Below, one piece after another: positions 51,501 to 61,285 of a stretch of DNA of 64,000 nt. A program made the translations under genes and the position numbers. The notes under the pieces are model-generated. The model did no database searches, was not told the origin of the DNA, and worked only from the letters and a program-made list of their open reading frames with translations. Source of the DNA: an uncultured virus (IMG/VR IMGVR_UViG_3300023105_000021). Its lineage: Duplodnaviria; Heunggongvirae; Uroviricota; Caudoviricetes. The stretch is from IMG/VR virus record IMGVR_UViG_3300023105_000021, one strand, 5' to 3'. How positions within the stretch are numbered: the stretch's first letter is position 1; every line of letters starts with the position of its first letter.

Positions 51501-53314
51501 ACTTCTGCACCAAATTCACGTAAGTCAAAACTGTCAATTGTTGTTGCTGTTGCTGTGCCGTCTGTAATGCTTTGTGGTGTTAAATCAAATCCGTCTAGTT
51601 CTAAATAATTGCTGATGTATAAGTCATTGCCGTCTACTTCATCAATTGTACCTATTAGCACAGTTGATGCGTCAGTTGAAGTAACTGTAAGCGTATTACC
51701 TTGTGTAAATGTACCTGTAACGCCGCTTAGTGTGAGTTTAGTTCTACCTGCTAGTCTACGTCCGTCTTTGCTATCGTAAGCGTACATAGAACGATTAGCA
51801 AAGTATGTGAAGCTGTTTAGCCACTCAACTCTAGCACCGTTAGTCATTGTAATTGCATCAACGCCTGGTGTAATAAATGTTGCTGAGTGGAATAGCATTG
51901 CAGTGTTTACGCTAGTTGCGCTACCATAAGCACCATCAACATAAGCGCCTTTACCTGCATCGCCTGCATTAAATCCTCTAGGATCTTCAACAGTTGTAGT
52001 GCTACCGTTTGTAATTACAGTAATGTTTCTAATGTAAGGAGAACGACTTGATGCTTCGTAATCTGTTGCATAACGGAAGCCGTATCCGTTGTCTGGGAAC
52101 GTTCTAGTGTCATTGTTGCAGCTAAATGTTAATCCGCTTAAGAAAACATCATTACCGATATTTGCTGTGCCACCTGCGTGTGTAATTTGTAGTACACCAG
52201 TTGTTTCATTGTAAGTTGCACCGGTTATGTTATAGTTAGCACCAAGTATTTCAATAGTTCCGCCACTAACATAAGTATGAGCAAAAGGAGCAGTACCAAC
52301 ATTAACAGTTGTAGTTCCTGCTGATGCACCTGTAACTTCAAAGTAGTTGCCTCCGCTATAAAAACCAGTTAGTGTTAAGTCTTCAACAGTAGTTTCGCCG
52401 TTAAGTAAAATAGCGTCATTGTAACGTGTTTCTGTAGTTGGGCGAATAGATACACTACGAATACCTTCGCCTTTTAGTGTAACACCTTGTGGAACTGTTA
52501 AAGGAAATTCTTCTGTGTAATCACCTGGTGAAACAATAATAGTATCACCTGTAACAGCTACGCTTAGTGCATGTTTGATGCTTGCAAATGGAGCAAATAA
52601 ATGATCACCTTGAGAAGCGTCATTACCATTTTCTGCAACATAATATACATTTCCGTGTACTAGGTTAAAATCAATATTACTAATATTAAGTTGATTAGAA
52701 CTAACACTAGTAGCAATTAAGTTTCTTGTCCAAACGTCATTCCATTGCTTATTAACATTTCCTAATGAATATGTATTATTCTGATCTGGAATGATGTCTG
52801 ATGCAACTTCTGCATTAAAAATAACATTGTCTGTATCTGCATCACCAATTGTAATATTACCGTCTGCTGTAATATTACCTGTCGCATGTATGTTACCGTC
52901 TACATTTAAATCACTATGTATTTGAACAATACCTGTTCCGTTTGGACGAATTTCTAAATCAGCATTTGAACTATTTGTTGTAATAGCATTGCCTTCAATA
53001 TCAATACTATCAATGCGAATCTTGTTTAGTGAAACAACAGTATCTAGTGTTGCTAAGTTTAAATAAGGTTGTGTAGTACTAATAGTGTTACCTTCAATAG
53101 TAACGTCAGCTAGGTCAGCTCTATTAGTAACAATTAAGTCTGTGGTTTTAGTGGTTCCGTTAACATCTAACTCGTACTGAGGTGCAGTTGTCTTAACGCC
53201 GATACGCTGATTATTAACATCTAGATATAGTAAGTCTGTCTCAAAGGCTAGATCGATCCCATTACGGATCAAGTTAGACTTTAAGAGCGGACCTGATATG
53301 CGACCAACAGCCAT
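48581..53314 (-). CDS. 1577-aa repeat-rich tail fibre/appendage protein
   Basis: GRISGPLLK N-terminus; about 9 SN(A/S)DLELRANGTG repeats; YYVAENGND beta-helix cap; G.TLERP...GQVRYNTD C-terminal motifs. Confidence 0.8.
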   Translation of the reverse strand: MAVGRISGPLLKSNLIRNGIDLAFETDLLYLDVNNQRIGVKTTAPQYELDVNGTTKTTDLIVTNRADLADVTIEGNTISTTQPYLNLATLDTVVSLNKIRIDSIDIEGNAITTNSSNADLEIRPNGTGIVQIHSDLNVDGNIHATGNITADGNITIGDADTDNVIFNAEVASDIIPDQNNTYSLGNVNKQWNDVWTRNLIATSVSSNQLNISNIDFNLVHGNVYYVAENGNDASQGDHLFAPFASIKHALSVAVTGDTIIVSPGDYTEEFPLTVPQGVTLKGEGIRSVSIRPTTETRYNDAILLNGETTVEDLTLTGFYSGGNYFEVTGASAGTTTVNVGTAPFAHTYVSGGTIEILGANYNITGATYNETTGVLQITHAGGTANIGNDVFLSGLTFSCNNDTRTFPDNGYGFRYATDYEASSRSPYIRNITVITNGSTTTVEDPRGFNAGDAGKGAYVDGAYGSATSVNTAMLFHSATFITPGVDAITMTNGARVEWLNSFTYFANRSMYAYDSKDGRRLAGRTKLTLSGVTGTFTQGNTLTVTSTDASTVLIGTIDEVDGNDLYISNYLELDGFDLTPQSITDGTATATTIDSFDLREFGAEVRLIASASVYGNFGLVGQGPGVIMYAIGHNLAYIGNGKEVTNDTETVIQANEVVESQGAKIRYNSVDHKGDFRVGDLFYVNQETGSVTFAVSDFEINTDNGVTFVTGSDTTFVDGTKIETGDWRISGNTVETLTQDANFAAGSGEINLNADVNVTGSLDVTGDVTIGGNITIGDEATDTIQIIAGIDSDIIPKTASTYSLGTVTKTWKNLYINEINVDDIQIRENYIETRLSNSDLELRANGTGEVVVPSNNVQIDNNLTVSGTTTLSDTSVTGTLTLVGDLNQTGNTTVDGNLTVTQDVDITGAAQFEEILIDDNYITTTSSNADLELRASGTGKIFVPNNDVEITNDLTVSNDITANNLTLVGQITADSFASDNILIQDNYIETTQSNSDLDLRANGTGRVFIPNNDILANEDFTVKGTTSLQSVSIVGDVTQTGNTTQTGNINLTGNLGITGNITISDAAQFENIQIDDNFITTTISTSDLELRATQFGEILIPNNDLVISNDLIVEGTITVGDINSAGTITANRFSTGDILIDDNFITTTQTNSNLELRANGTGEVVVPSNNVVIENDLTVNGNTNLKTTNIVGNVTHTGNTTQTGNINLTGNLDVTGEVIISASVIQFEDIQVTGNKITTTESNSNLELRANGTGNVYIPENDLLIENNLSVGNTVSVQNINVSNSIQSNSFSTGDILIDDNFITTTLSNSNLELRANGTGSIIIDDFDVNGSTITTTNDLNLTPGSGNIIINGTGALKLPAGTTLERPAEVTGQVRYNTDLSRFEGYNGTNWINLKGVEDLDGDTKVTAELTEGANDGVIRFDVQGSTIVTVNDSGLNAPKVIVDDVEIDGNVITTSTVDTDLRLSANGAGRVRFDNFAFESSTITNTVSDSVTLFENTGNGYVKFDGTYGVVIPVGASVDRPPAGFVEVGQMRFNTDDSRVEIFDGSNWVSVAGSGAGITRGDAEEIALATVLVLG
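49355..50810. repeat. Dispersed near-identical DNA repeats encoding LELRANGTG
   Basis: caactacttcgccagttccgttagcacgtaattctaa at about 49820 and 50761; gttccgtttgcacgtagttctaaattactattactt at about 49359 and 49557. Confidence 0.75.
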
Positions 53315-53457
53315 CTCTTCTCCTCAATACGGGGATCCTGTCCCTCTAGCCTAAATTTTCAGCTTGCGCTCTTTGCTGGCTAACCACAGTTTGACCCTGC
53401 AAGTATGGTCGTACTTTGCATTAATAGTATTTATCGTATTGAGAAAATAAGTGCTTA

Positions 53458-56400
53458 TTACCCAAAGATTAGAGTATATTCTAAGATAAGATCATCCATT
53501 TCTTCGGGACTAATAGATGCGCTTGTACCTGCTGCACTTACAAAGGTACTGCCGTCCCATGCTTCTAGAACTTGAATGTCAGTGTTCCATCTCATCATAC
53601 CAACTTCTGGTGTAAATCCTGGTTGCTCTGCTGTAGTACCTGAAGGAATTTTTAATGCACCAGTAGTATTAAATTTTGTTCTGCCGCGGCTTGTATTTTT
53701 AATAGTTAATACATTTCCTGATGTGTTTTGTATCAATTCTCCGGACAAAGTAATATCGTCAATAACAAGATTTCCTGTTCCGTTAGCACGTAGTTCTAGA
53801 TCTGCATTTGAATTTATTGTTGTAACTATATTGCTATCTATAAAAACATCGTCAACAGTTAATCCACTAATGGTTATATTATCATTATTTACAGTTGCAC
53901 GAAGATTCCCTCCAGTTACTAATGTAATTGTATTGTCCGTAGGATGAGCTGTAACGCGAGTACCTCTATTATCAGAATAAATACCACCAAATGAAATATT
54001 ATTTTGATTATATCCTTCAAAACTTGATGTTATACTATTATAACGAATGCTATAATCTATATTTGGTCTTTCAGTAGACAAGCCAAAAGGTAGTTGTATT
54101 GCTGATGTACTAATTATATTAATATTATCTGTTGCCAAAGTTATATCAGTTAAGCTAGTTGTCAAGGTATCAGAATTAAACAATAATTCTTGTAATTCTA
54201 TATTACTGTTATCAAAAGTTCTTAACTCTAAATTAGAGTTGCTTTCAGTAGTTCTAATAACATTGTCAAAAATTTCAATATTAGAACTTATCAAAGCATT
54301 ATTAAACTCAAAATTAGATCCTATAACTATATTACTAGAAGTTAAATCAGTTGCTTGTAAATTATTAGTAACTTCTAAGTTATTTGTTACTATATTACCA
54401 ACACCATTTGCTGATAGTTCTAAATCACTGTTTGAGTCTGTAGTTTCAATAAAATTATCGTTAAACAAAATGTTATCAAATTGTATTTCACTTTCTATAT
54501 TTGTTGAACTTACAGTAACATTACCTATAACATTTAAATTACCTTGTTGAGTTGTATTTCCTGTTAGTGTTATATCTCCAACAATGTTTGTATTTTTTAA
54601 ATTTGTTATTCCATTAACAGTTAAATTGTTTTCAATAACTACATTTTCTGGCAGTCGAACTATTTGGTTTTCCGAAGCACGTAATTCTAAATTTGCATTT
54701 GATATTGTAGTAGAAATAAAATTATCGTCAATTTCTATAATGCTGTCAGTAATTACAATTTCATTAAGATTTAAATCTTGTTGTACTGTAATGTTGTTAG
54801 AAATAATACTAGCTGCAAATAAATCTTGTTTTGCTCGCATATTATTATTAGGTACTAAAATGTTTGCTGTTGAGTTTGCACGTAATTCAAGATTTGGACT
54901 ATCATAATCGCCAAAGAATAAAACTGGATTAAAATATCCAGGAGTAGCATTTTCTAACGAAAGAATTTCTTCAGTAATAGGTTGTATAAAAGCATTATAT
55001 TCAGGATCAGGAGTCTGACCATTTACAACATACTGCAACCAAGCAATATAATCTGTAGTAGTTAATGTTCCGCTTTGGTTAACATCTACATAATTATTGT
55101 TTATAAAAAAGTTTACAAGATTTTTGTCTTGTTGATCTGTATAATCTGCTGCTGTTGCTCCGTTAACTATTGATTGTATAATTTTAGGAATAGAAGAATT
55201 ATCTGAAGATTCTGTTGATAATCTTAGGCCTTCTGCTGTATTTTGTAGTATATTATTATCAATAGTTACTACAGGACCGATAAAATCACCTGTAGCTGTA
55301 AGTCCTCCAGCAACAACAGTATTTCCAGTTTGCGTTATATCTCCTGTTTGAGTTATATTGCCCGTTAAGTTAACATCAGTATAGTTAACATCAACAGGAG
55401 TAAAGGCAGTAACAAATCCGATATCTTCAAATGCAGAAATATTGTCCCATTCAACAATAGTATCAACAGCACGGAAAATAATATCAATAGATGTAGTTTG
55501 TGGAACAAATGATGCTGTTAGCAATTGATCTGCAACTAGACCAGTAGTTTCATTCCATTCAAATAATGTACCAACACCAGATTCGAATATTCTTAAATAA
55601 AATGCATTTGCATTTGAAACACTTCTAAACTGTGCTTCAAAGTCATATGTTTTTCCAGGTTCGACTACAATCTCTTGTGATACGTTACGTGCAGCACCTG
55701 TAGCATCAATTCTTAAGTTTCCGTTAACAGATGAAGCAGTGCCGCCACCTGCTTGAGCCCAACCATTTACATTTGTATTAAATGTTCCATTAATTACAAG
55801 CTCTGGGCCGTACTCATATGTTGTTGCACCATTTTGTAAAAAGGTGTTTTTATTAACTACTAAATTATTTTCTAAATAAGCAGGACTTTCGATGTTTATA
55901 AATCCAGTTCCGCTTGCTCTTAGTTCTAAGTCTGCATTAGAAATATTTGTAGTAATATAATTTTGTGTAATGGTTATATCGGTTAGATCTGCATAATTAA
56001 ATGCTGTTTGTAATGAAACATTTATATTATTGCTAGTAATATCATTAACTAATAAATTATTATTAACTTCCACATCATTAGGTATTAATACTTTGCCAGT
56101 ACCGCTTGCACGTAATTCTAAATCTGCGTTTGAAGTAGTTGTAGTAATTACATTGCCATCAAATAATATTTCTTCAAATTGTACTGCACCAGTAATGTCT
56201 AAATCTCCATCAACATAAAAGTTTGTTGCAGTTCTATTACCGGTTTGATTAAATGTTCCTGCAGAATTAAAAATTCCTTGAAAATTTGTTGACTGTAAAG
56301 TAGTAAGACCATTAACATTTAAGTTATTATCAATTTGTACATCGTTACTAGGAACATAAATTTCTCCAATTCCACTTGCACGTAATTCTAAATTTGCGTT

Positions 56401-58497
56401 TGATGTATCAGTTGTGATAACATTTCCATCTATACTAATGTCTCCAACTTCTGTTTTGTTTAACCAAGCATTTAGCCAAGGACGCTGTACTTCTCCTAAA
56501 CTATGTACAGTATGTTGATGAGGATTAAAATCTTGTTCAAATTCCACATTGAACACTAACCTGTCAGCAGCAGTATCTCTACCAGGTTGATCACCTGCAA
56601 TATTTAATGTGCCGCCAAAACTAAAATTATTAATAATATTTAAATTGCCGTTAACATTAGTATTATCGTTAAAATTAATAGTGTTTGTTCCGGCATCTAA
56701 ATTTAATTCGTCAACTACACTTACAATTTCGTTATCTGATATTCTTATATTTCCGGTTGTTATATATGCGCCATCAATAACACTTGTTCCGCCGGGTGTA
56801 TTAACAACTAACCCAGACAACGTTTCAATATCACCTGTATTAATGTTTAAACTTGTATTACCTGTTTCAAAATTTACAAAGAAATTATCGCCAACTCTAA
56901 AGTTACCAACTTGGTCTGTGCTTACATAATGAATTTGTCCTGAGTTTAATTCTACTACTTCATTTGCTTGTACAACTAAATCTAAATCGTTTGTTCTATC
57001 AGATCCTGCACCTATATACGCAAAGTTATGCTGTATCAGATACATTAGAGTATCAGCACCGTCTGCTACTGCACCGTATGTGCCGTAAACGTTTGCTGAC
57101 CCAATTGAGCGCAATTCTGCACCATATATTACTGTGCTGCCATCTTCACTTGTTCTGCCAGTTGCACCATTAAATGCATACAATCCTCTGTTTGCGAAAT
57201 ATGTAAAACTGTTTAGCCATTCTACTCTAACACCGTTTGTCATATTAATAACATCAGCATTAGGTGAAATAAATGTACAACTATGAAATAGCATAGTAGC
57301 ATTAGGACTTGCAGCATTTAATTCTGCACCGTCTATCCAAGCCCCTCTACCTGCATCTCCGTCTCCTGGATTTGTTTCTTGTGTTAGTACCGTTACATTT
57401 TGAATATAAGGACTGCGTTCGCTCATTACAGCATTAGGTGCAAATCTAAATGCATATCCTTTATTGTTTACATTGTCATAGTAATGATTTTGAATAGTTA
57501 AATTAGCAATATTAGTTTTATCATTTAAATGAAAAACATCTTCACTCTGACTACTGGTATCTGGGGTGATAATAACATTACGTATGTCAGCACCAATAAC
57601 AGATACATTAGATGGAACAACCAAAGGTAATGCTTCTTGATACTCTCCTGGTGATACTATAATTGTAAATGGCTGATCTCCACTAGCTTCTGCTTTAGAA
57701 AGTGCAGCCGAAATAGTTGCCATCGGATCAAGATGATGATCACCACTATTATCGTCATTCCCTTCAACTGCAACAAATATTATGCCTCCGTGTTTTGTAA
57801 GAAGATTAACTCCGTTTAGGAAATATGCTTGTGTTCCTACTAATTGTCCGTTTAATAAATTTGTATATATAGAATTCCATATTTTTTGATCAGCACCTAA
57901 ATTGTAAGTATCTGTAATATCAGGAATAATATCAGAGTTAATGTCAGAATTAAATGTTACATCATCTGATGCTTGATCACCTAGTGTAATAGTTCCTTCA
58001 AAGGTAATATTACCCGGAGTATGCATATTACCAAAAACTTGTAAGTCTGCTTTTGTATCTGTAGTTGAATCATCATTTAAAAATCCATTACCGACTCTAA
58101 CAGTTCCTGTTCCGTTAGGAGTAATATCTATGTCAGCATTTGATTCTACAGTTCTAATTGCATTATCATTAATTCTTATAGTACCATTATCTAATGTACT
58201 AAAAACAACAGCATCAGCTGCGTTTAAATAAAGATTACCTATTGTACTAAGTGTATTGTTATCAATAGTATATCCTGCTATATTAGAGAAATCGCTAATT
58301 AAATTTGTTGTTTGAAAAGTTTGAGATATTTCTAAATCAGTAGTTGGTGTAGAAGTATCAATACCAATCTTACTATTGTTAACATCTAGATATAAGAGCT
58401 GATTAGTATTAAGATCGTTGCGAAACGCAAGATCAATGCCATCACGCAATAAGTTATCTTTTAAAAGAGGACCGGATATTCTACCTACTTGTGCCAC
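53458..58497 (-). CDS. 1679-aa repeat-rich tail fibre/appendage protein, paralog of the 1577-aa protein
   Basis: GTG start with AGGAG RBS; same N-terminus, same repeats and RVEWLNSFTYFANR core. Confidence 0.8.
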   Translation of the reverse strand: MAQVGRISGPLLKDNLLRDGIDLAFRNDLNTNQLLYLDVNNSKIGIDTSTPTTDLEISQTFQTTNLISDFSNIAGYTIDNNTLSTIGNLYLNAADAVVFSTLDNGTIRINDNAIRTVESNADIDITPNGTGTVRVGNGFLNDDSTTDTKADLQVFGNMHTPGNITFEGTITLGDQASDDVTFNSDINSDIIPDITDTYNLGADQKIWNSIYTNLLNGQLVGTQAYFLNGVNLLTKHGGIIFVAVEGNDDNSGDHHLDPMATISAALSKAEASGDQPFTIIVSPGEYQEALPLVVPSNVSVIGADIRNVIITPDTSSQSEDVFHLNDKTNIANLTIQNHYYDNVNNKGYAFRFAPNAVMSERSPYIQNVTVLTQETNPGDGDAGRGAWIDGAELNAASPNATMLFHSCTFISPNADVINMTNGVRVEWLNSFTYFANRGLYAFNGATGRTSEDGSTVIYGAELRSIGSANVYGTYGAVADGADTLMYLIQHNFAYIGAGSDRTNDLDLVVQANEVVELNSGQIHYVSTDQVGNFRVGDNFFVNFETGNTSLNINTGDIETLSGLVVNTPGGTSVIDGAYITTGNIRISDNEIVSVVDELNLDAGTNTINFNDNTNVNGNLNIINNFSFGGTLNIAGDQPGRDTAADRLVFNVEFEQDFNPHQHTVHSLGEVQRPWLNAWLNKTEVGDISIDGNVITTDTSNANLELRASGIGEIYVPSNDVQIDNNLNVNGLTTLQSTNFQGIFNSAGTFNQTGNRTATNFYVDGDLDITGAVQFEEILFDGNVITTTTSNADLELRASGTGKVLIPNDVEVNNNLLVNDITSNNINVSLQTAFNYADLTDITITQNYITTNISNADLELRASGTGFINIESPAYLENNLVVNKNTFLQNGATTYEYGPELVINGTFNTNVNGWAQAGGGTASSVNGNLRIDATGAARNVSQEIVVEPGKTYDFEAQFRSVSNANAFYLRIFESGVGTLFEWNETTGLVADQLLTASFVPQTTSIDIIFRAVDTIVEWDNISAFEDIGFVTAFTPVDVNYTDVNLTGNITQTGDITQTGNTVVAGGLTATGDFIGPVVTIDNNILQNTAEGLRLSTESSDNSSIPKIIQSIVNGATAADYTDQQDKNLVNFFINNNYVDVNQSGTLTTTDYIAWLQYVVNGQTPDPEYNAFIQPITEEILSLENATPGYFNPVLFFGDYDSPNLELRANSTANILVPNNNMRAKQDLFAASIISNNITVQQDLNLNEIVITDSIIEIDDNFISTTISNANLELRASENQIVRLPENVVIENNLTVNGITNLKNTNIVGDITLTGNTTQQGNLNVIGNVTVSSTNIESEIQFDNILFNDNFIETTDSNSDLELSANGVGNIVTNNLEVTNNLQATDLTSSNIVIGSNFEFNNALISSNIEIFDNVIRTTESNSNLELRTFDNSNIELQELLFNSDTLTTSLTDITLATDNINIISTSAIQLPFGLSTERPNIDYSIRYNSITSSFEGYNQNNISFGGIYSDNRGTRVTAHPTDNTITLVTGGNLRATVNNDNITISGLTVDDVFIDSNIVTTINSNADLELRANGTGNLVIDDITLSGELIQNTSGNVLTIKNTSRGRTKFNTTGALKIPSGTTAEQPGFTPEVGMMRWNTDIQVLEAWDGSTFVSAAGTSASISPEEMDDLILEYTLIFG

Positions 58498-58529
58498 TCA
58501 TATTCTCCTTGACACAGTATTTATTGAAT

Positions 58530-59216
58530 TTACTTGTCGAAATTATGTAGTACTGTTACAGGTTTGTTTAAGTCTACTGCTGAAGTAAATTCTAAATAGT
58601 AGCCTGTGAGTCTTGCTAAACCTGTTGCATCAGCAGTTCCGGCAGATGCTGCTGTAAATGTTGTTCCAGGATTATTATCTGCTGCACCGTGTTCTGAAAC
58701 ATAGTCTGTTACACCTGTTGCAGTAATAATATATTCTTCACCTATAACAAAGTTTCCTGACTCAACTTCTTGTCCAGTTCCTGTTGAACTTGGATTTTGA
58801 ATTAATGTATAGTTAGTAGTTGATATTTGAAAAACGTTTTCAACAAATACTAAAACGTTTTGTGCTGCTGCTGGTGCAGTATATATTGTATTAGGGTCTT
58901 GACTATCTAGTGGACCAAATAGTGTAATAGTAGCATCACCATTACCTAAGTTTTGTTGTACAATACCAGGATCGTTATTTGGCTCTTTGTATCTTACACT
59001 GCGCCATTCGCCTTCTGAACGTATTTCTAATTCATTTAAGTCAGTGTTATATCTCATGTGTCCGTCTACTGGAGTAGATATAAATTCCGCAGATGTGCCT
59101 TTTGGTACAAGCATAACGTTTGTAGTATCCATTATAACTTGTCCATTTATATCGTACTTTACGCCTTTACCGTAGATGTTACGTAAATTTGTGTTCTGCG
59201 CTTTTAATAATCTCAT
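58530..59216 (-). CDS. Virion structural protein
   Basis: VPKGT..., G.MRYNTD, GNGD...T.FGPL and VLVFVENVFQ baseplate/fibre-type motifs. Confidence 0.6.
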   Translation of the reverse strand: MRLLKAQNTNLRNIYGKGVKYDINGQVIMDTTNVMLVPKGTSAEFISTPVDGHMRYNTDLNELEIRSEGEWRSVRYKEPNNDPGIVQQNLGNGDATITLFGPLDSQDPNTIYTAPAAAQNVLVFVENVFQISTTNYTLIQNPSSTGTGQEVESGNFVIGEEYIITATGVTDYVSEHGAADNNPGTTFTAASAGTADATGLARLTGYYLEFTSAVDLNKPVTVLHNFDK

Positions 59217-59563
59217 TATACTTCCAAGTAACTAACTGACACTGCTAAGTTTGCTGCGTTTGTTGCATCTCCTACAAACGATAATTTTTCACCACTTTCT
59301 AATACAACTTTTTCACTATCAAAAGTAAATGTTTCGCCTGCTGGCAAACTAAGTTCTCTAATAACACATGTTAATGCATTATTTAAAGGTTGATTATCTT
59401 TTAAGAAATGCATATCAAATGTAGCTGTTTCGTTTTCAGGTGATGCGCCGCTTGGTGAATATGTATTGCAAACCATTATACTTGTTATAGCATATATTTT
59501 ATTCGCTGGTACAACAAGCACATCTGTTTGTGTATTTGTTAATGTTGCGTTTTCTAAAGCCAT
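59216..59563 (-). CDS. Small beta-rich virion protein (paralog family A)
   Basis: VLVVPA...AITSIMVCN, LPAGETFTFDSEKVVLESG. Confidence 0.65.
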   Translation of the reverse strand: MALENATLTNTQTDVLVVPANKIYAITSIMVCNTYSPSGASPENETATFDMHFLKDNQPLNNALTCVIRELSLPAGETFTFDSEKVVLESGEKLSFVGDATNAANLAVSVSYLEV

Positions 59564-59572
59564 TATATTTCC

Positions 59573-60859
59573 TTAAAATAACATGCTATAAAGCAATGCT
59601 CTACTTTTACTTATTACTTCGTCTTGATAGTTATTTTCATTAACGAAGTATAACCCTGTTTTACCTGTTCCTTGTGCTTTCGAATATAATTTGATACCTT
59701 CTAACGGAGGATTAGGATCTAATAAAATATCATCATCACCAGGTGTTTTAGTTATTTCTAATGTATCTTTAATTTTTACAGAACCGATACCAGAACTTGA
59801 TAAAACTAAATCATCATTACTTGACGATGTAAATATTTCAGTTCCTTTAATTTCAATATCTGCAAGATTTATTCTATTATTATAGAAATTAGTAATATTG
59901 TTGCCTTCAACGGTAATAGATATTTCTGATTCAGCAGAAACAGTTCTTCCTGAATTACTTACATAAAAACTTTTATCTGCACCAATTGAATTTGCATCAA
60001 ATTCAAAAGATGTTGACGAAGGAACATCGGTAACTGTCCAGCTTCCTATTAACGATTGAAGAATTGCGTCATTAGGACTTGATTGCACTCCAGTTATAGT
60101 TACTGTATCGTTAATAGCAAAACCGTGACTGTTTTGAGTTGTTACTAGTGTTCTAGGTCCAACTCCGATAATATTTAAAATTACGTTGTTTTTATCAACA
60201 ACTTCAATTGATGAATTATCTTCTTGGATTTTATCAATAACAACAGTTGCTAGACTATAATCAACAATATCTCTAACTGCTTTTGCATTAGGAATGTTAT
60301 CATCGTCTTGTGTAATTTCATTAGTAATAGGATCTGGTGTAATAACACCGTTATCGTAATTCCAAATTTTTAGTTCATAATTGTTTGTGCCTGAAACACT
60401 TATAACTCCGTCATTAGTGTCAACATATAAATTATGATCTGATACTATACCCGAAGTCTTAATAGGAAGTATTTGTTCTGCACCAATATCTCCTTGGGTG
60501 CCTATCCAAGCACCTATTCCTGTAACTCCGCCTAAGTCCCAACCAATGCCATCGTCATACACCCATCTTGAATTTGCTAGAGATCCTCTTTCAATTTCTA
60601 TTCCTGAGCTTCTAGGTCTATCTAACGATACAGGTAATCCTGAAGATGTATTTCCTGCACTTAAAAGAAGAATGTTATCGTCTATAGTAGCTATAATCGA
60701 TTCAATTGTAGTTGTACCACCGTTTACTTCTAAATCACCTTTAACAACAACAGTTCCGCTCAAATTTCCTGTTGCGTTAGTTGTATCAAGAGTGATGGTT
60801 CCGCCGTCACCTGTTATTATTCGATAATCTGTATCTGTGGTTCTTATAATCTTTGGCAT
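59573..60859 (-). CDS. Virion structural protein
   Basis: V.GDL.V.G.TTTIES....IDDNILLL, SGIEIERG and DDD.IPNAKAV.D fibre-type motifs. Confidence 0.65.
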   Translation of the reverse strand: MPKIIRTTDTDYRIITGDGGTITLDTTNATGNLSGTVVVKGDLEVNGGTTTIESIIATIDDNILLLSAGNTSSGLPVSLDRPRSSGIEIERGSLANSRWVYDDGIGWDLGGVTGIGAWIGTQGDIGAEQILPIKTSGIVSDHNLYVDTNDGVISVSGTNNYELKIWNYDNGVITPDPITNEITQDDDNIPNAKAVRDIVDYSLATVVIDKIQEDNSSIEVVDKNNVILNIIGVGPRTLVTTQNSHGFAINDTVTITGVQSSPNDAILQSLIGSWTVTDVPSSTSFEFDANSIGADKSFYVSNSGRTVSAESEISITVEGNNITNFYNNRINLADIEIKGTEIFTSSSNDDLVLSSSGIGSVKIKDTLEITKTPGDDDILLDPNPPLEGIKLYSKAQGTGKTGLYFVNENNYQDEVISKSRALLYSMLF

Positions 60860-60870
60860 TCGAAATTCCT

Positions 60871-60892
60871 AAAAAGGGGCATTAAGCCCCTT
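60871..60892 (-). terminator. Rho-independent terminator
   Basis: aaaaaggggc-atta-agcccctt directly after the 129-aa gene. Confidence 0.7.
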
Positions 60893-60895
60893 AGA

Positions 60896-61285
60896 TTAGA
60901 TTGCAGTTAATACTAGTACGTTTGCTGTTGAATCGTCAGTAACAGTCCATGTATAACGATTGTTATTAAAATCAAACATTGTACGGTTGTGTACTTTACG
61001 AATGTTTACAGCACTTTCTCCGGCTACAAAACCTTGTAGAACCATTTCGTTAGCTGCTAGTGATCCAATTGCTTTGTCAACTAGTGTACATACACCTGTG
61101 TTACCTGATGTTCCATCTGGATCATCGTGACAGTTAAATTTTGTTTCTGAGCGTTGTGATAAAATTACACCGTTGCCAACTGCTGCGTTAGCACCAATTT
61201 TACACATTACTGTTAGGTTATTACCTTCAGTACCTGCTGAACCTTCAGTAGCACCAAAGTATCTTTTGTTTAATGGGCGTCCCAT
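60896..61285 (-). CDS. Hypothetical protein near capsid gene (possible head protein)
   Basis: 129 aa, MGRPLNKRYFG start, AAGGAG RBS, own TAAATA promoter and terminator. Confidence 0.7.
   Translation of the reverse strand: MGRPLNKRYFGATEGSAGTEGNNLTVMCKIGANAAVGNGVILSQRSETKFNCHDDPDGTSGNTGVCTLVDKAIGSLAANEMVLQGFVAGESAVNIRKVHNRTMFDFNNNRYTWTVTDDSTANVLVLTAI

Noticed and set aside
48900..58150. CRISPR-like array from recurring gcacgtaattctaaat
   Set aside because: Repeats are in-frame coding (LELRA), vary at wobble positions and are irregularly spaced by hundreds of nt; no cas genes.
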